From assembly GCA_963779755.1 (NCBI GenBank), contig CAVZZO010000003.1:704939-768938 (forward strand): a stretch of DNA of 64,000 nt, in the 5' to 3' direction. Numbering within the stretch: the first letter of the stretch is position 1; each line of letters begins with the position of its first letter. Shown here one piece after another: positions 1 to 8,696 of this stretch. A program made the translations under genes and the position numbers. Below the pieces are notes generated by a model. It did no database searches, was not told the origin of the DNA, and saw only the letters and a list, made by a program, of their open reading frames with translations. The stretch comes from an uncultured Gemmatimonadales bacterium. Its GTDB lineage: Bacteria; Gemmatimonadota; Gemmatimonadetes; Gemmatimonadales; GWC2-71-9.

Positions 1-399
1 ACGGGCGGTGCCCGCCACCATGCGCATGGCGCTTTCCATATTGGCCGCGTTGAGATCGGCCATCTTGAGCTGGGCGATCTTGCGCAACGCCTCGCGGTTC
101 ACCTGCCCCACCTTGGTGCGGTTGGGCTGGGGGCTGCCCTTCTCCACGCCCGCTTCCTTGAGCAGGAGATTGGCCGCCGGCGGCGTCTTGGTAATGAATG
201 TGAACGTCCGGTCGGCGTAGATGGTCACTACGACCGGGATGATCATGCCCGCCTGGCTCTGCGTCCGGGCGTTGAACTGTTTGCAGAAATCCATGATGTT
301 CACGCCGTGCGGCCCCAGCGCCGTTCCCACAGGCGGCGCCGGATTGGCGGCGCCCGCCGGGCACTGCAACTTGACCACGGCGTTGATCTTCTTCGCCAT
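1..399 (-). CDS. rplK: 50S ribosomal protein L11; the C-terminal end is cut by the window edge
   Basis: Reverse translation from the ATG at 397-399 gives [44 protein letters not shown]..., a canonical L11 N-terminus. A GAGGGGAG RBS lies upstream. nusG-rplK synteny supports the call. Confidence 0.93.
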   Translation of the reverse strand, partial: MAKKINAVVKLQCPAGAANPAPPVGTALGPHGVNIMDFCKQFNARTQSQAGMIIPVVVTIYADRTFTFITKTPPAANLLLKEAGVEKGSPQPNRTKVGQVNREALRKIAQLKMADLNAANMESAMRMVAGTAR

Positions 400-464
400 G
401 CTGCTCCCCTCAGTGCGTGGGCCGGCTTCTCCGGCCTACTGCCGCAAATCCGTGCGGTCGCGGA

Positions 465-519
465 ACCTCACCCCCGTTCCCCCTCTCCACGTTGTGGAGA
501 GGGGGCCAGGGGGTGAGGT
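465..519 (-). terminator. Long hairpin in the nusG-rplK spacer
   Basis: A perfect 12-bp stem (479-490 CCCCCTCTCCAC, 494-505 GTGGAGAGGGGG) is extended by 465-475 ACCTCACCCCC pairing with 509-519 GGGGGTGAGGT. It starts immediately 3' of the nusG stop. There is no U-tract, so a terminator or attenuator role is inferred only. Confidence 0.4.
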
Positions 520-1062
520 CTAGTGCCCCCTCAACTGCAAATAATCCATCTCCACCGTCGTGGGGCGCCCGAACAGGCTCACCGCCACCCGGACCTTGCC
601 CTTGTCGGCCAGGACCTCTTCCACCGTGCCGCTGAAATCGGTGAACGGGCCCTCGGTGATCTCGACCACCTGCCCCACCATGAACGGGATCTCTTCCTTG
701 GGCGCCTCTTCGGCCACTTCCTCGGCGATGCCCAGCAGGCGGTTGACCTCGTCCTGCCGCAGCGGCTGGGGCGCCTTGCCCGATCCCACGAATTTGATCA
801 CGCCCTGGATGCTGTTGACCACATGGAGCGCTTCCTGCCCCATCTGCATTTCGACCAGGACGTAGCCCGGGTAGAGCTTCCGCTCCACCTGGACCTTCTT
901 GCCGTTCTTGATCTCGACCACTTCCTGCACCGGCACCAGCGCCTGGCGGATCAGCTTGTCCTCCGCCGGCCGGGGATCGTCTTCGATCCGCTTGGCGATC
1001 AGGTTGCGGACCTTGTTCTCATGGCCGGCCGTGGTCTGGATCGCGTACCACCGGTAGTCCAT
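520..1062 (-). CDS. nusG: Transcription termination/antitermination factor NusG
   Basis: MDYRWYAIQTTAGHENKV... NGN domain plus a C-terminal KOW (GQVVEITEGPFTDFSGTVEEV). Start taken at the internal ATG at 1062. secE-nusG-rplK synteny. Confidence 0.94.
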   Translation of the reverse strand: MDYRWYAIQTTAGHENKVRNLIAKRIEDDPRPAEDKLIRQALVPVQEVVEIKNGKKVQVERKLYPGYVLVEMQMGQEALHVVNSIQGVIKFVGSGKAPQPLRQDEVNRLLGIAEEVAEEAPKEEIPFMVGQVVEITEGPFTDFSGTVEEVLADKGKVRVAVSLFGRPTTVEMDYLQLRGH

Positions 1063-1066
1063 GCCG

Positions 1067-1318
1067 TTACCGCGCCAGCAGGGCCACACCGTCGACCAGG
1101 ATCTTCTGCAGCAGCAGATCCATCCAGCCGATCAGGAGGCCCAGAATGATCGAGAGCACCAGGATCATCCGGGTGGCCTTGTACAGTTCCTCCCGGGTGG
1201 GCCAGGTGACTTTGTCCATCTCGGCCCGGGTCGCCCGGAAGAACTCGATCGTCCTCCGGAACCAGGGACCGACGCCGGTGTCGGCGGCCTTGTCCTCGCC
1301 GCGCTGCGCCACGGCCAT
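1067..1318 (-). CDS. secE: Preprotein translocase subunit SecE
   Basis: 83 aa with EFFRATRAEMDKVTWPTREEL followed by one TM helix (MILVLSIILGLLIGWMDLLL). It sits between rpmG and nusG. Confidence 0.88.
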   Translation of the reverse strand: MAVAQRGEDKAADTGVGPWFRRTIEFFRATRAEMDKVTWPTREELYKATRMILVLSIILGLLIGWMDLLLQKILVDGVALLAR

Positions 1319-1319
1319 C

Positions 1320-1472
1320 CTACTTCGATTCCTTGTGCAGCTGATGCTTGTTGCACCGGGGACAGTACTTCTTCCACTCCACCCGCTCCGGATGCTTCCG
1401 CTTGTTCTTGTCCTGGAAATAGTTCCGACTATGGCAGTCGGTGCATTCCATGATGATTTTATCTCGAGGCAT
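1320..1472 (-). CDS. rpmG: 50S ribosomal protein L33 (zinc-ribbon form)
   Basis: [50 protein letters not shown]. It has two CxxC pairs. The ATG at 1472 lies inside a longer track ORF. Confidence 0.93.
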   Translation of the reverse strand: MPRDKIIMECTDCHSRNYFQDKNKRKHPERVEWKKYCPRCNKHQLHKESK

Positions 1473-1513
1473 CGTCAGTAACCTGTGTGAGCCATGCGTC
1501 TCTGCCCTGCTCA

Positions 1514-1586
<73 letters not shown>

Positions 1587-1733
1587 GATCTCAGACGGCA
1601 AGACGGCAAGACAGCCAGTACAGTCCATCCCAGCATGTCCGCCGCGCGCAGCCCTGCCATCCACGGCTCGGGCCTCCCCTGACGGACAGAATTCACCGGC
1701 CGTCCTGCCGTCTTGCCCTCCTGCCGTCTTCAG

Positions 1734-1806
1734 AGCGGGCGACGGGGCTCGAACCCGCGACCCTCAGCTTGGAAGGCTGATGCTCTACCAACTGAGCTAC
1801 ACCCGC
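1734..1806 (-). tRNA. tRNA-Gly (anticodon TCC)
   Basis: Acceptor GCGGGTG/CGCCCGC, anticodon arm TCAGC-CTTCCAA-GCTGA, T loop TTCGAGC. Confidence 0.9.
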
Positions 1807-1930
1807 GAGCAACGGACGACAGGACGGCCAGACGGCAGGTTCAATACAACCTCCAACCTGTTTCCCGCCGCCAGCCACCGAGGACGCCTCCCACCTGCCG
1901 TCTTGCCGTCTTGCCACCCTGCCGCCCTCA

Positions 1931-2014
1931 TGGTGGGGGTAGGATTCGAACCTACGTAGGGCGAAGCCCGGCAGATTTACAGTCTGCTACCATTAGCCAC
2001 TCGGTCACCCCACC
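1931..2014 (-). tRNA. tRNA-Tyr (anticodon GTA), long variable arm
   Basis: Acceptor GGTGGGG/CCCCACC, anticodon arm GCAGA-CTGTAAA-TCTGC, long variable arm, T arm GTAGG-TTCGAAT-CCTAC. Confidence 0.9.
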
Positions 2015-2091
2015 GACAACCCTCCCGGAGAAACAGAACCCCGCCGCCTCGCGGGGTCGTCCGGTTTGCTCGCTCCGGCACTGCATCGCGG

Positions 2092-2164
2092 AGCTGACGG
2101 AGGGAATCGAACCCTCAACCTGCTGATTACAAATCAGCCGCTCTGCCAATTGAGCTACGTCAGC
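2092..2164 (-). tRNA. tRNA-Thr (anticodon TGT)
   Basis: Acceptor GCTGACG/CGTCAGC, anticodon arm GCTGA-TTTGTAA-TCAGC, T arm GAGGG-TTCGATT-CCCTC. Confidence 0.9.
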
Positions 2165-2190
2165 AGGCCAGCCAAAAATGACAGACCCAT

Positions 2191-2219
2191 ATAATAGACA
2201 GGGGGTTAGGGCGCGTCAA
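2191..2219 (-). promoter_or_regulatory. Sigma-70-type promoter of the tRNA operon
   Basis: The minus strand reads TTGACG (2219-2214), a 17-nt spacer, then TATTAT (2196-2191), about 27 nt upstream of the first tRNA. It is an AT-rich island in GC-rich DNA. Confidence 0.7.
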
Positions 2220-2240
2220 CGGGCTCAGGGCGGGAAGCTT

Positions 2241-2299
2241 GACGGGCGGCAGGACGGGAAGCGGTTCAGCCTCCCGCCTTGCCGCCTTCCCACCCTGCC
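2241..2299 (-). terminator. Imperfect hairpin built from octamer-tract arms, spanning the cysS stop codon
   Basis: Left arm 2241-2264 GACGGGCGGCAGGACGGGAAGCGG, loop TTCAG (holds the cysS stop), right arm 2270-2299 CCTCCCGCCTTGCCGCCTTCCCACCCTGCC. Confidence 0.45.
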
Positions 2300-3753
2300 A
2301 CTTTCCATTTCGTCCCTCCCGGCGTGTCCTCCACCACCACCCCCCGCGCCTCCACCTCCGCCCGGAGCGCGTCGGCCCGGGCAAAATCCCGGTCTCGCCG
2401 GGCCTGCTGCCGCTGATCCAGCCGGTCCTCCACCCACCGGGCCAGCTCCGGGTCCACCGCCCGCTCGGTGGGCAGGATGTCCAGGACCTCGACCGCCAGC
2501 CAGTCGAAGCTCTCCAGCACCCCGGGCGACACCCGCGCTCCCTCATCCAGCGCCCGGTGGCCCGCGTTCACGAAGTCGAACAGGGCCGCCACCGCCCGGG
2601 GGGCGTTCAGGTCGTCGTCCAGCGCCGCCCCCGCTGCCAGGCGGAGGGTCCGGGCGGCATCCTCCAGCTCGCCCGTCGCCGCCCCGGAGCGGGCCTGCAG
2701 GTCGGCGGTGGGCGCCGGGAAGGGCTGCCCCAGCCGCTGGCGGAACTCACCCAGCCGCGCCACCGCGCGGCCGGCCGCGGGGAGGGCCTCGTCGGTCAGG
2801 TCGAGTTTCTGACGGTAATGCGTCTGGCACATGAGCAGCCGGACCGCGGCGGCGTCGACACCGTCTTCCCGCAGGTCGCGGGCGGTGGTGATGTTGCCGA
2901 ACCGCTTGGACATCTTCTGGCCACGGATGTTCAGGAACTCGCCGTGCATCCAGATCCGGGCGAATTCCGGCTGGCCGGTATAGGCGCAGCTCTGGGCGAT
3001 TTCGTCTTCGTGATGGGGAAAGATCAGGTCCACCCCGCCGGCGTGGATATCGAGCACATCGGTGCCCCACTCCTTCCCCAGGAGTTCCAGTGCCATGGCC
3101 GAGCACTCCAGGTGCCAGCCGGGGCGCCCCCGGCCGAACGGGGTGTCCCACGCGGCGCCCACGGCTTCATCTACCGGAGTGGCGGCCTTCCACAGCACGA
3201 AGTCGCGGGCGTCCTCCTTGGCGTACTCGTCGCTGCTCACCCGGCCGCTGGCCCCGGTCCGCAGCTCCCGCCGGTCGAGATGCGACAGTTTTCCGTAGGC
3301 GGGAAACCGCCCGATGGCGAAATAGACCGAGCCGTCCTCCCCCCGGTACGCGGTCCCGTTGGCCAGCAGGCCCTCTACCAGCCGCGCCATGGGCTCGATG
3401 AACCGGGTGGCGCGGGGATAGGCATGCGCCGGGCGGATCCGCAGATAGTCGCGGTCTTCCAGAAAGGCCTGGATGAAGGGCGCCACGTGCTGCTCCAGCG
3501 ACACCCCGCGCTCGGCGGCGGTCTTGATGGTCCGGTCGTCCACGTCGGTCAGGTTCATGATGTGAAAGACCCGATACCCGCTGGCTTCCAGCCAGCGCCG
3601 GAGCAGGTCCTCGAAGAGAAACGTCCGGAAATTTCCGATGTGGGCGTAATTCCACACCGTGGGCCCGCAAGTGTACATCGACACCCGGCCCGGCTGCAGC
3701 GGTTCCAGCGGCACCACCGACCGCGACATGGTATTGAACAGGCGAAGCGTCAT
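2266..3753 (-). CDS. cysS: Cysteine--tRNA ligase
   Basis: 495 aa. HIGH-type motif (YTCGPTVWNYAHIGNFRT), HLECSAMA and KMSKRFGN (KMSKS). The last ~11 codons are encoded by the repeat arm. Confidence 0.95.
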   Translation of the reverse strand: MTLRLFNTMSRSVVPLEPLQPGRVSMYTCGPTVWNYAHIGNFRTFLFEDLLRRWLEASGYRVFHIMNLTDVDDRTIKTAAERGVSLEQHVAPFIQAFLEDRDYLRIRPAHAYPRATRFIEPMARLVEGLLANGTAYRGEDGSVYFAIGRFPAYGKLSHLDRRELRTGASGRVSSDEYAKEDARDFVLWKAATPVDEAVGAAWDTPFGRGRPGWHLECSAMALELLGKEWGTDVLDIHAGGVDLIFPHHEDEIAQSCAYTGQPEFARIWMHGEFLNIRGQKMSKRFGNITTARDLREDGVDAAAVRLLMCQTHYRQKLDLTDEALPAAGRAVARLGEFRQRLGQPFPAPTADLQARSGAATGELEDAARTLRLAAGAALDDDLNAPRAVAALFDFVNAGHRALDEGARVSPGVLESFDWLAVEVLDILPTERAVDPELARWVEDRLDQRQQARRDRDFARADALRAEVEARGVVVEDTPGGTKWKVAGWEGGKAGG

Positions 3754-4691
3754 GCCGAGCCTCCCAGGGCCCGCGACGCGGCGCCGGTCAGGCCGCCCAG
3801 GCGCTCGTCATCCAGTCGCAGGTGCATGGTGCGTTGCGGGAAGGGGATCTCGATGCCCTCGGCGTCGAGCCGGTTCTTGATCCGGCGGCGGAACTCGCGC
3901 GCGGTTTCCCACTGGGCGCCCGGAACCGTCTGGATCATGGTCCGGATGACGACACCGCTGTCGGCCAGCGACTCCACCCCGGCGACCACCGGCTCTCCTT
4001 CGAGCCGCGGCCGCCATGCCGGATCGGCGGCCAGCCGGGCCGCCTCGTCGGCGAAGACGGTGAGTGTGCGGTCGATATCCGCCCCGTACGCCACCGCGAT
4101 TTCCAGGACGGCGCGTGACCAGCCGCGGGTCTTGTTGCTGACCACGGTGATCTGGCCGTTGGGAATGGTGTGCAGCACCCCCTGCAGGTCGCGCAGCTGC
4201 ACCACCCGCAGGGTCATGCGTTCCACCGACCCGCTCTTGCCGCCCGCTTCGATCACATCGCCCACCGCGAACTGGTTCTCCAGCAGGATGAAGAACCCGC
4301 TCAGCACGTCTTTCACCAGGCTCTGGGCCCCGAAGGAGATGGCCAGGCCGAGGATGCCCGCCCCGGCCAGAATGGGGGTGATCTGGATGAAGGTGTTGAG
4401 GGTAAGCAGCATCGCGAGCAGCACCACAACCACGCCGCCCACGCTGCGCAGCAGCTGGGCGATGGTCTGGCCCCGCTTCTCCCGCAATGTGAGGGTCCCC
4501 TCGCCGGCGTGGACCGAAGCCACGATGCGCCGGGCCATCGCGCGGATGACCCACATGGCCAGCCAGGCGCTGATCCAGATCACCACCACCTGCAGTGCCC
4601 GGCCGACCAGCTGCGCGGTGTCTATCCGGAAAAAGCGGGCGAGGTTGTCGATGACATCACGGAGCGTGGGCAGGTGCGTCACGGCGGTCAT
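3750..4691 (-). CDS. Mechanosensitive ion channel, MscS family
   Basis: TM helices followed by GAQSLVKDVLSGFFILLENQFAVGDVIE...VERMTLRVVQLRDLQGVLHTIPNG (MscS beta domain). ATGA overlap with cysS. The start could also be 4748. Confidence 0.85.
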   Translation of the reverse strand: MTAVTHLPTLRDVIDNLARFFRIDTAQLVGRALQVVVIWISAWLAMWVIRAMARRIVASVHAGEGTLTLREKRGQTIAQLLRSVGGVVVVLLAMLLTLNTFIQITPILAGAGILGLAISFGAQSLVKDVLSGFFILLENQFAVGDVIEAGGKSGSVERMTLRVVQLRDLQGVLHTIPNGQITVVSNKTRGWSRAVLEIAVAYGADIDRTLTVFADEAARLAADPAWRPRLEGEPVVAGVESLADSGVVIRTMIQTVPGAQWETAREFRRRIKNRLDAEGIEIPFPQRTMHLRLDDERLGGLTGAASRALGGSA

Positions 4692-5325
4692 ACCTGTATC
4701 GGTCGGGGAGGCCCGCGAGAGCGCGAAAACTATCCTCCGGCCCGGCACCCTCCAAGGCCGCCTCGAGCCCGGGGTAGACGACGGCGCTGGCCTCCACCCG
4801 CCAACCCGCCGCGAGCCAGGTGGAGAGGATCTCCTCCGGTCTCAGCGCCGCCAGGGGCAGTTCCGCCTCGACCCGCCCTGCCCCGAGCGGGCGCACCAGG
4901 CCGGAGCGGCCAAAGGGGGGATGCCCGGGGCCGCTCCCCACGATCCGCAGCCGGGCCGCCCGGCGCCAGGGCCGGCAGCTGGAGCGGACCAGGCCGGTGC
5001 GGCCGGGGAGGAGCAACGAGTCGCACCAGGCGACCAACGCGCGCGCCGGCCAGCCCAGCACCCCGGCTCCCGCGCCCGCCGCCAGCGCCCGCGCCCGGCA
5101 GAGCCATTCCTCGCCGGGGGGCCGGAGGACGCCGGTGAGCAGATAGCGCCGGCGGGCCCGCGGCCGCCGCAGGCGCAGCAGGTCCGGCGGGCTCAGAATG
5201 GTGAGGTCGCCGCGCGGTTCCCCGACCTGCGGAAGGACCCGAGCGGGAATCCCCAGCAGTTCCCCGGCGTGCAGGTGGGGCAGGATCGCGCGCAGCGGCA
5301 GCGGCGGAAGGAGCACAACGGCCAT
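4657..5325 (-). CDS. Hypothetical protein
   Basis: This ORF frame has plausible composition from the ATG at 5325 (MAVVLLPPLPLRAILPHLHAGELLG...). No motif was recognised. It is co-directional with its neighbours. Confidence 0.45.
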   Translation of the reverse strand: MAVVLLPPLPLRAILPHLHAGELLGIPARVLPQVGEPRGDLTILSPPDLLRLRRPRARRRYLLTGVLRPPGEEWLCRARALAAGAGAGVLGWPARALVAWCDSLLLPGRTGLVRSSCRPWRRAARLRIVGSGPGHPPFGRSGLVRPLGAGRVEAELPLAALRPEEILSTWLAAGWRVEASAVVYPGLEAALEGAGPEDSFRALAGLPDRYRYDRRDAPAHAP

Positions 5326-5398
5326 CCGGGCGAAGATGGCCCCGCGGCACGAAACCGCGGCACCACCATCGCCCGGCACACGGCAAAAGAGTGCGGTA

Positions 5399-5902
5399 CT
5401 ACCAGCGCACCCGGCCTCCCGCGAGCAGGGCCATGAATGCCGGCTGCCCCGCACCGCCGCTGTTCTGCAGGCTGGCGTGCCAGCGTCCCTCCAGGATCAG
5501 GGCCCAGCCCTCTCCCGCCGGGCTCCAGGCGGCCCCCAGGCCGGCGCTGCCGCTGAAGAGGTTGATCCCCACCGGGCCGCGAAACTCGCCCTGGGCCAGG
5601 CCGCCCACGGCGTAGAGCGACGGCGCGGTGCGAAGCAGCCGCACCCGTACCACCCCGCCCAGCATGGTGGCGCGGCCGTCGCCCCCGAAGTGGTAGTAAC
5701 CCACTTCCGGGCCGAGAGTGAGCGGTCCGAGGACAAAGGCAAAGCTCGCCGCCCCGCCCAGGGCGCCGCCCTGAATCGGCCCTCCGGCCGCCCCGGCGTA
5801 GCCGCCGGCAACCGACAACTCGCCGATATGCCGCTGCGCGGCCACCGAAGCCGGCAGGAGGCCGAGCAGCAGCAGGAGCGCAATCCGGCGGATGGCACTC
5901 AT
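5399..5902 (-). CDS. Small outer-membrane beta-barrel protein (predicted)
   Basis: Signal peptide MSAIRRIALLLLLGLLPASVAAQ. Gly/aromatic-rich alternating strands ending ...LLAGGRVRW. Confidence 0.65.
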   Translation of the reverse strand: MSAIRRIALLLLLGLLPASVAAQRHIGELSVAGGYAGAAGGPIQGGALGGAASFAFVLGPLTLGPEVGYYHFGGDGRATMLGGVVRVRLLRTAPSLYAVGGLAQGEFRGPVGINLFSGSAGLGAAWSPAGEGWALILEGRWHASLQNSGGAGQPAFMALLAGGRVRW

Positions 5903-6366
5903 GGGAACCGCAACCGCCAATGCGGAATGGCGGCGCCAATGACCGCGCCCACCAGGCCGCCGCCCAGCGCCCCGACCCCGACTCCCACCAGGGTCGCCCC
6001 GGCAATCTGGCAATCGGACGATTCACAGGCCACGCGGGCGACGATATTGAAGAGGACTCCGCCGCTGACGGCGCCGGCGATCCCGCCGACGATCGCGCCG
6101 GTTCTGGTGCTGCGCTCCCGGACCCACACCCGGCCGAGTTCCGCGGAGGCGACCCTGCGCTGGGCATGGTCCTGGCGAAGGGTGAGTGCCACTTGGTCCT
6201 GAGAGACCAGCAGCCCCTGAACCCGTTCCCCACCCGACAACTCCGCCCGGAGTACCGCGCCCGGGCGGAAGATGGGAACGGAATCGGCCCGCTGGGCGGA
6301 CAGCGCCGCCGGAACCAGCAGCAGCAGGAGCGCCGTGGCCGGGACAGAGTGAAATGGTCGTCGCAT
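5899..6366 (-). CDS. Secreted protein with a C-terminal glycine-zipper hydrophobic segment
   Basis: Signal peptide MRRPFHSVPATALLLLLVPAALSAQ and C-terminal GAIVGGIAGAVSGGV...GVGVGALGGGLVGAVIGAAI. ATGA overlap with the downstream beta-barrel gene. Confidence 0.6.
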   Translation of the reverse strand: MRRPFHSVPATALLLLLVPAALSAQRADSVPIFRPGAVLRAELSGGERVQGLLVSQDQVALTLRQDHAQRRVASAELGRVWVRERSTRTGAIVGGIAGAVSGGVLFNIVARVACESSDCQIAGATLVGVGVGALGGGLVGAVIGAAIPHWRLRFP

Positions 6367-6420
6367 GGCATCTCCAGCCAGGGTTGGGTCGGTTTCCTGG
6401 CCCACAGTACCCGGCTGCCG

Positions 6421-7368
6421 TTACTCCGGCGTGACCTGGCGGGCCGCGGCGGGCTCCTCCCCATGGCCGCCCATGACCAGAACGGGGACGCTGGCCCCGC
6501 GCACGACCTTGTCTGTCACACTCCCCAGCACCAGCCGGCGCATCCCCCCGGCCCCATGCGTGGCGATGGCAATGAGGTCGCACCCCGCGCGTTGGGCCTC
6601 CTGGTCGATCCGGCGCGCCACCCGGTTGTCCACCACGCACCTGGTGGTGACCACCTGTCCGTCGCAGCGGAGGGTGCCGGCCAGCCGCTCGAGATATTCC
6701 TGGCTGCATTGCTCCATGGAATCGAGCGCCTCCCGCACCAGGTCCGCCGGATAGCTGATGCCCGGGTCGCCGATGGGAACGATCGGCTCCACCACACTCA
6801 GCAGCACCAGCTCGGCCCCGGCGAGCTTCCCCAGCGCCACGGCCGGACCGATGGCCGATTCGGCCAGCGGCGAGCGATCCAGCGGCACCAGGATCCGGCG
6901 TGGCAGCGCCGTCGGGGGAAGGTGCCCGTTCCCGGAGCTGTGGATCAGCAGACGGGGAACCGTCAGATGGCGCAGGAGATAGTCGGCCACACTGCCCAGC
7001 CACATGCGGCTCAGCGGATCGCGACCGTGGGTGGTGAGCACGACCAGGTCGATGCCCAGCTGCCCGGCATGCTCGGCCAGCCGCGGCCCCGCCGGGCCGT
7101 CCAGAAGCGTGATCTGCACTCGCAGACCGTCCGACTCCAGCTCGACCGCCTTGCGCCGGAGATAGCGCCGCTCCTCTGCGCGTTCCTGCTCTTCCAGGGC
7201 CGGATCCAGCAGCGGCACCCCCGGTACCGGCGCATACTGCAGCAGCGTCGGATGCACCCGGGCCAGATGCAGCATGGCACCGGAGCACTGCGCGATACGG
7301 CTCGCCAGCGGCAGGGCGCGCTCGGCGAACTCTGAGCCATCCAGGGGCACCAGGATATCGTGGAACAT
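6421..7368 (-). CDS. Universal stress protein, tandem USP domains
   Basis: MFHDILVPLDGSEFAERAL...TTHGRDPLSRMWLGSVADYLLRH, and a second domain ...IATHGAGGMRRLVLGSVTDKVVRGASVPVLV. The longer track ORF 6421-8754 is an artefactual extension. Confidence 0.88.
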   Translation of the reverse strand: MFHDILVPLDGSEFAERALPLASRIAQCSGAMLHLARVHPTLLQYAPVPGVPLLDPALEEQERAEERRYLRRKAVELESDGLRVQITLLDGPAGPRLAEHAGQLGIDLVVLTTHGRDPLSRMWLGSVADYLLRHLTVPRLLIHSSGNGHLPPTALPRRILVPLDRSPLAESAIGPAVALGKLAGAELVLLSVVEPIVPIGDPGISYPADLVREALDSMEQCSQEYLERLAGTLRCDGQVVTTRCVVDNRVARRIDQEAQRAGCDLIAIATHGAGGMRRLVLGSVTDKVVRGASVPVLVMGGHGEEPAAARQVTPE

Positions 7369-7379
7369 GAGACCTCCTT

Positions 7380-8642
7380 CTACCATCCCCACCAGAGCCC
7401 CAGGCCGCTGGCGGCGATCAGCGCGATCAGGCCCACGGACGCTACCCGGCGGAATGTCGGGGCCCCGAAGACCAGGGTCAGAATCAGTTTGAGCACACCG
7501 TTCGCCAGCACGGCAACCGCGATGGCGCGAGCGGCCAGAGCCAGCATGTTGGGTACGGCCGCCAGCCGGATCATCGACAGGGTCAGCGCGTCCGTGTCGG
7601 TAAGGCCAAGCAGGGCGGCGGACGTCAGCACCCCGGAGGAACCGAAGTGCAGGCGGACCCAGGCGACGGCGATGAGCACCAGCTGGAACGCCAGCGCCAT
7701 CCGGATGGCCGACCAGAACTGCAGCGGGTTGTCCAGCTCGGCGTCCTCCTGCCGGTCGCCGCCCGGCGCGCGGCGCAGCGCGAGGACCACCAGGAGCGAT
7801 CCCAGCAGGAGCGGGGGCAGGAGGAACGGGATCAGGGCCGCGGCCAGCCGGGCATGGAGCAGCAGGGTCACCACCCCGATCCGGGGCAGCAGCATGGTGG
7901 AAGCCGCCAGCACCCCGAGTCCCAGGGCCGGCGCCAGGCCGGCCTGCTGGCGGCTCTGCCGGCTGAAGCTGAAGGTCACCGCGGTGGAGGAGATGAGTCC
8001 TCCCAGCAGCCCGGTGAGCCCGTACCCGCGGCCGGGACCAACCGCCCGTCGCGCCAGGTATCCGGCGAAGTTGATGCCGGTGAACAGCAGCACCACGGTC
8101 CAGAGGGCGCGGGGCCGGATGGTCCCGAAGGGGCCGAAGGGGCCGCTCGGCAGGAGGGGAAGAATGACCAGTGCCAGCACGGCGAACTGGAAGGCTGCCC
8201 GCAGTTCCATTTCGTCGATGCGCTGCAGCAGCCGGCCGACCAGGTCCTTTTCGGAGAGAGCGAAGACCATCACCGCCGCTGCGCCCCCGGCCACGCCCAG
8301 GTGTCCGAGCCCGGCCGTCGCCGCCAGGGCGATCACCGCCAGGGCCGCGGCCTCGGTAGTGCCGTCCACCCCCGCGCCGGAGCGGACCGCGACGGCATAG
8401 GCCGCGATGGCGAGGGCGGCGCCGCTCGCCAGGAGCACCGCCGCGGCTGCGGTCCAGCCCAGCGAGAGCAGCCAGCCGGCCACTCCGCCTTGCAGACCCA
8501 GAATGAAAAAAGTTCGAACGCCGGCGAAGCGGGCTAGCGGGCCGCTGGCGTGTCCCGAGCGTTCGCGCTCGACCCCGACGGCGAGCCCCACCAGTCCGGC
8601 GACCGCCAAGCGGCCGGCGGCCTCCAGCTCGATCGAGGCCAT
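7380..8642 (-). CDS. MgtC/SapB-family membrane protein with a DUF4010-like extension
   Basis: 420 aa, polytopic. N-terminal LVGLAVGVERERSG...FAGVRTF is typical of the MgtC family. Confidence 0.75.
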   Translation of the reverse strand: MASIELEAAGRLAVAGLVGLAVGVERERSGHASGPLARFAGVRTFFILGLQGGVAGWLLSLGWTAAAAVLLASGAALAIAAYAVAVRSGAGVDGTTEAAALAVIALAATAGLGHLGVAGGAAAVMVFALSEKDLVGRLLQRIDEMELRAAFQFAVLALVILPLLPSGPFGPFGTIRPRALWTVVLLFTGINFAGYLARRAVGPGRGYGLTGLLGGLISSTAVTFSFSRQSRQQAGLAPALGLGVLAASTMLLPRIGVVTLLLHARLAAALIPFLLPPLLLGSLLVVLALRRAPGGDRQEDAELDNPLQFWSAIRMALAFQLVLIAVAWVRLHFGSSGVLTSAALLGLTDTDALTLSMIRLAAVPNMLALAARAIAVAVLANGVLKLILTLVFGAPTFRRVASVGLIALIAASGLGLWWGW

Positions 8643-8696
8643 GATCTCGCTCCCGGGGAGCGCCGGCCGGGGATGCCGGCGCTCCCTCTTGCGGGG

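Noticed and set aside
1473-1513. A search for tRNA-Trp or a tuf remnant between the tRNAs and rpmG/secE.
   Set aside because: The spacers are too short (41 nt and 1 nt) and contain no tRNA-like acceptor or T-arm sequences.
2239-5436. A very long plus-strand ORF (1065 aa). Similar giants occur at 25832-29446 (+), 52863-55778 (+) and 55897-58248 (-).
   Set aside because: They run antisense to confidently identified genes (cysS/mscS, uvrA, hydrogenase subunits, V-ATPase subunit I). They are Arg/Pro/Gly/Ala-rich with no recognisable motifs. This is the typical stop-codon-poor shadow ORF of GC-rich DNA.
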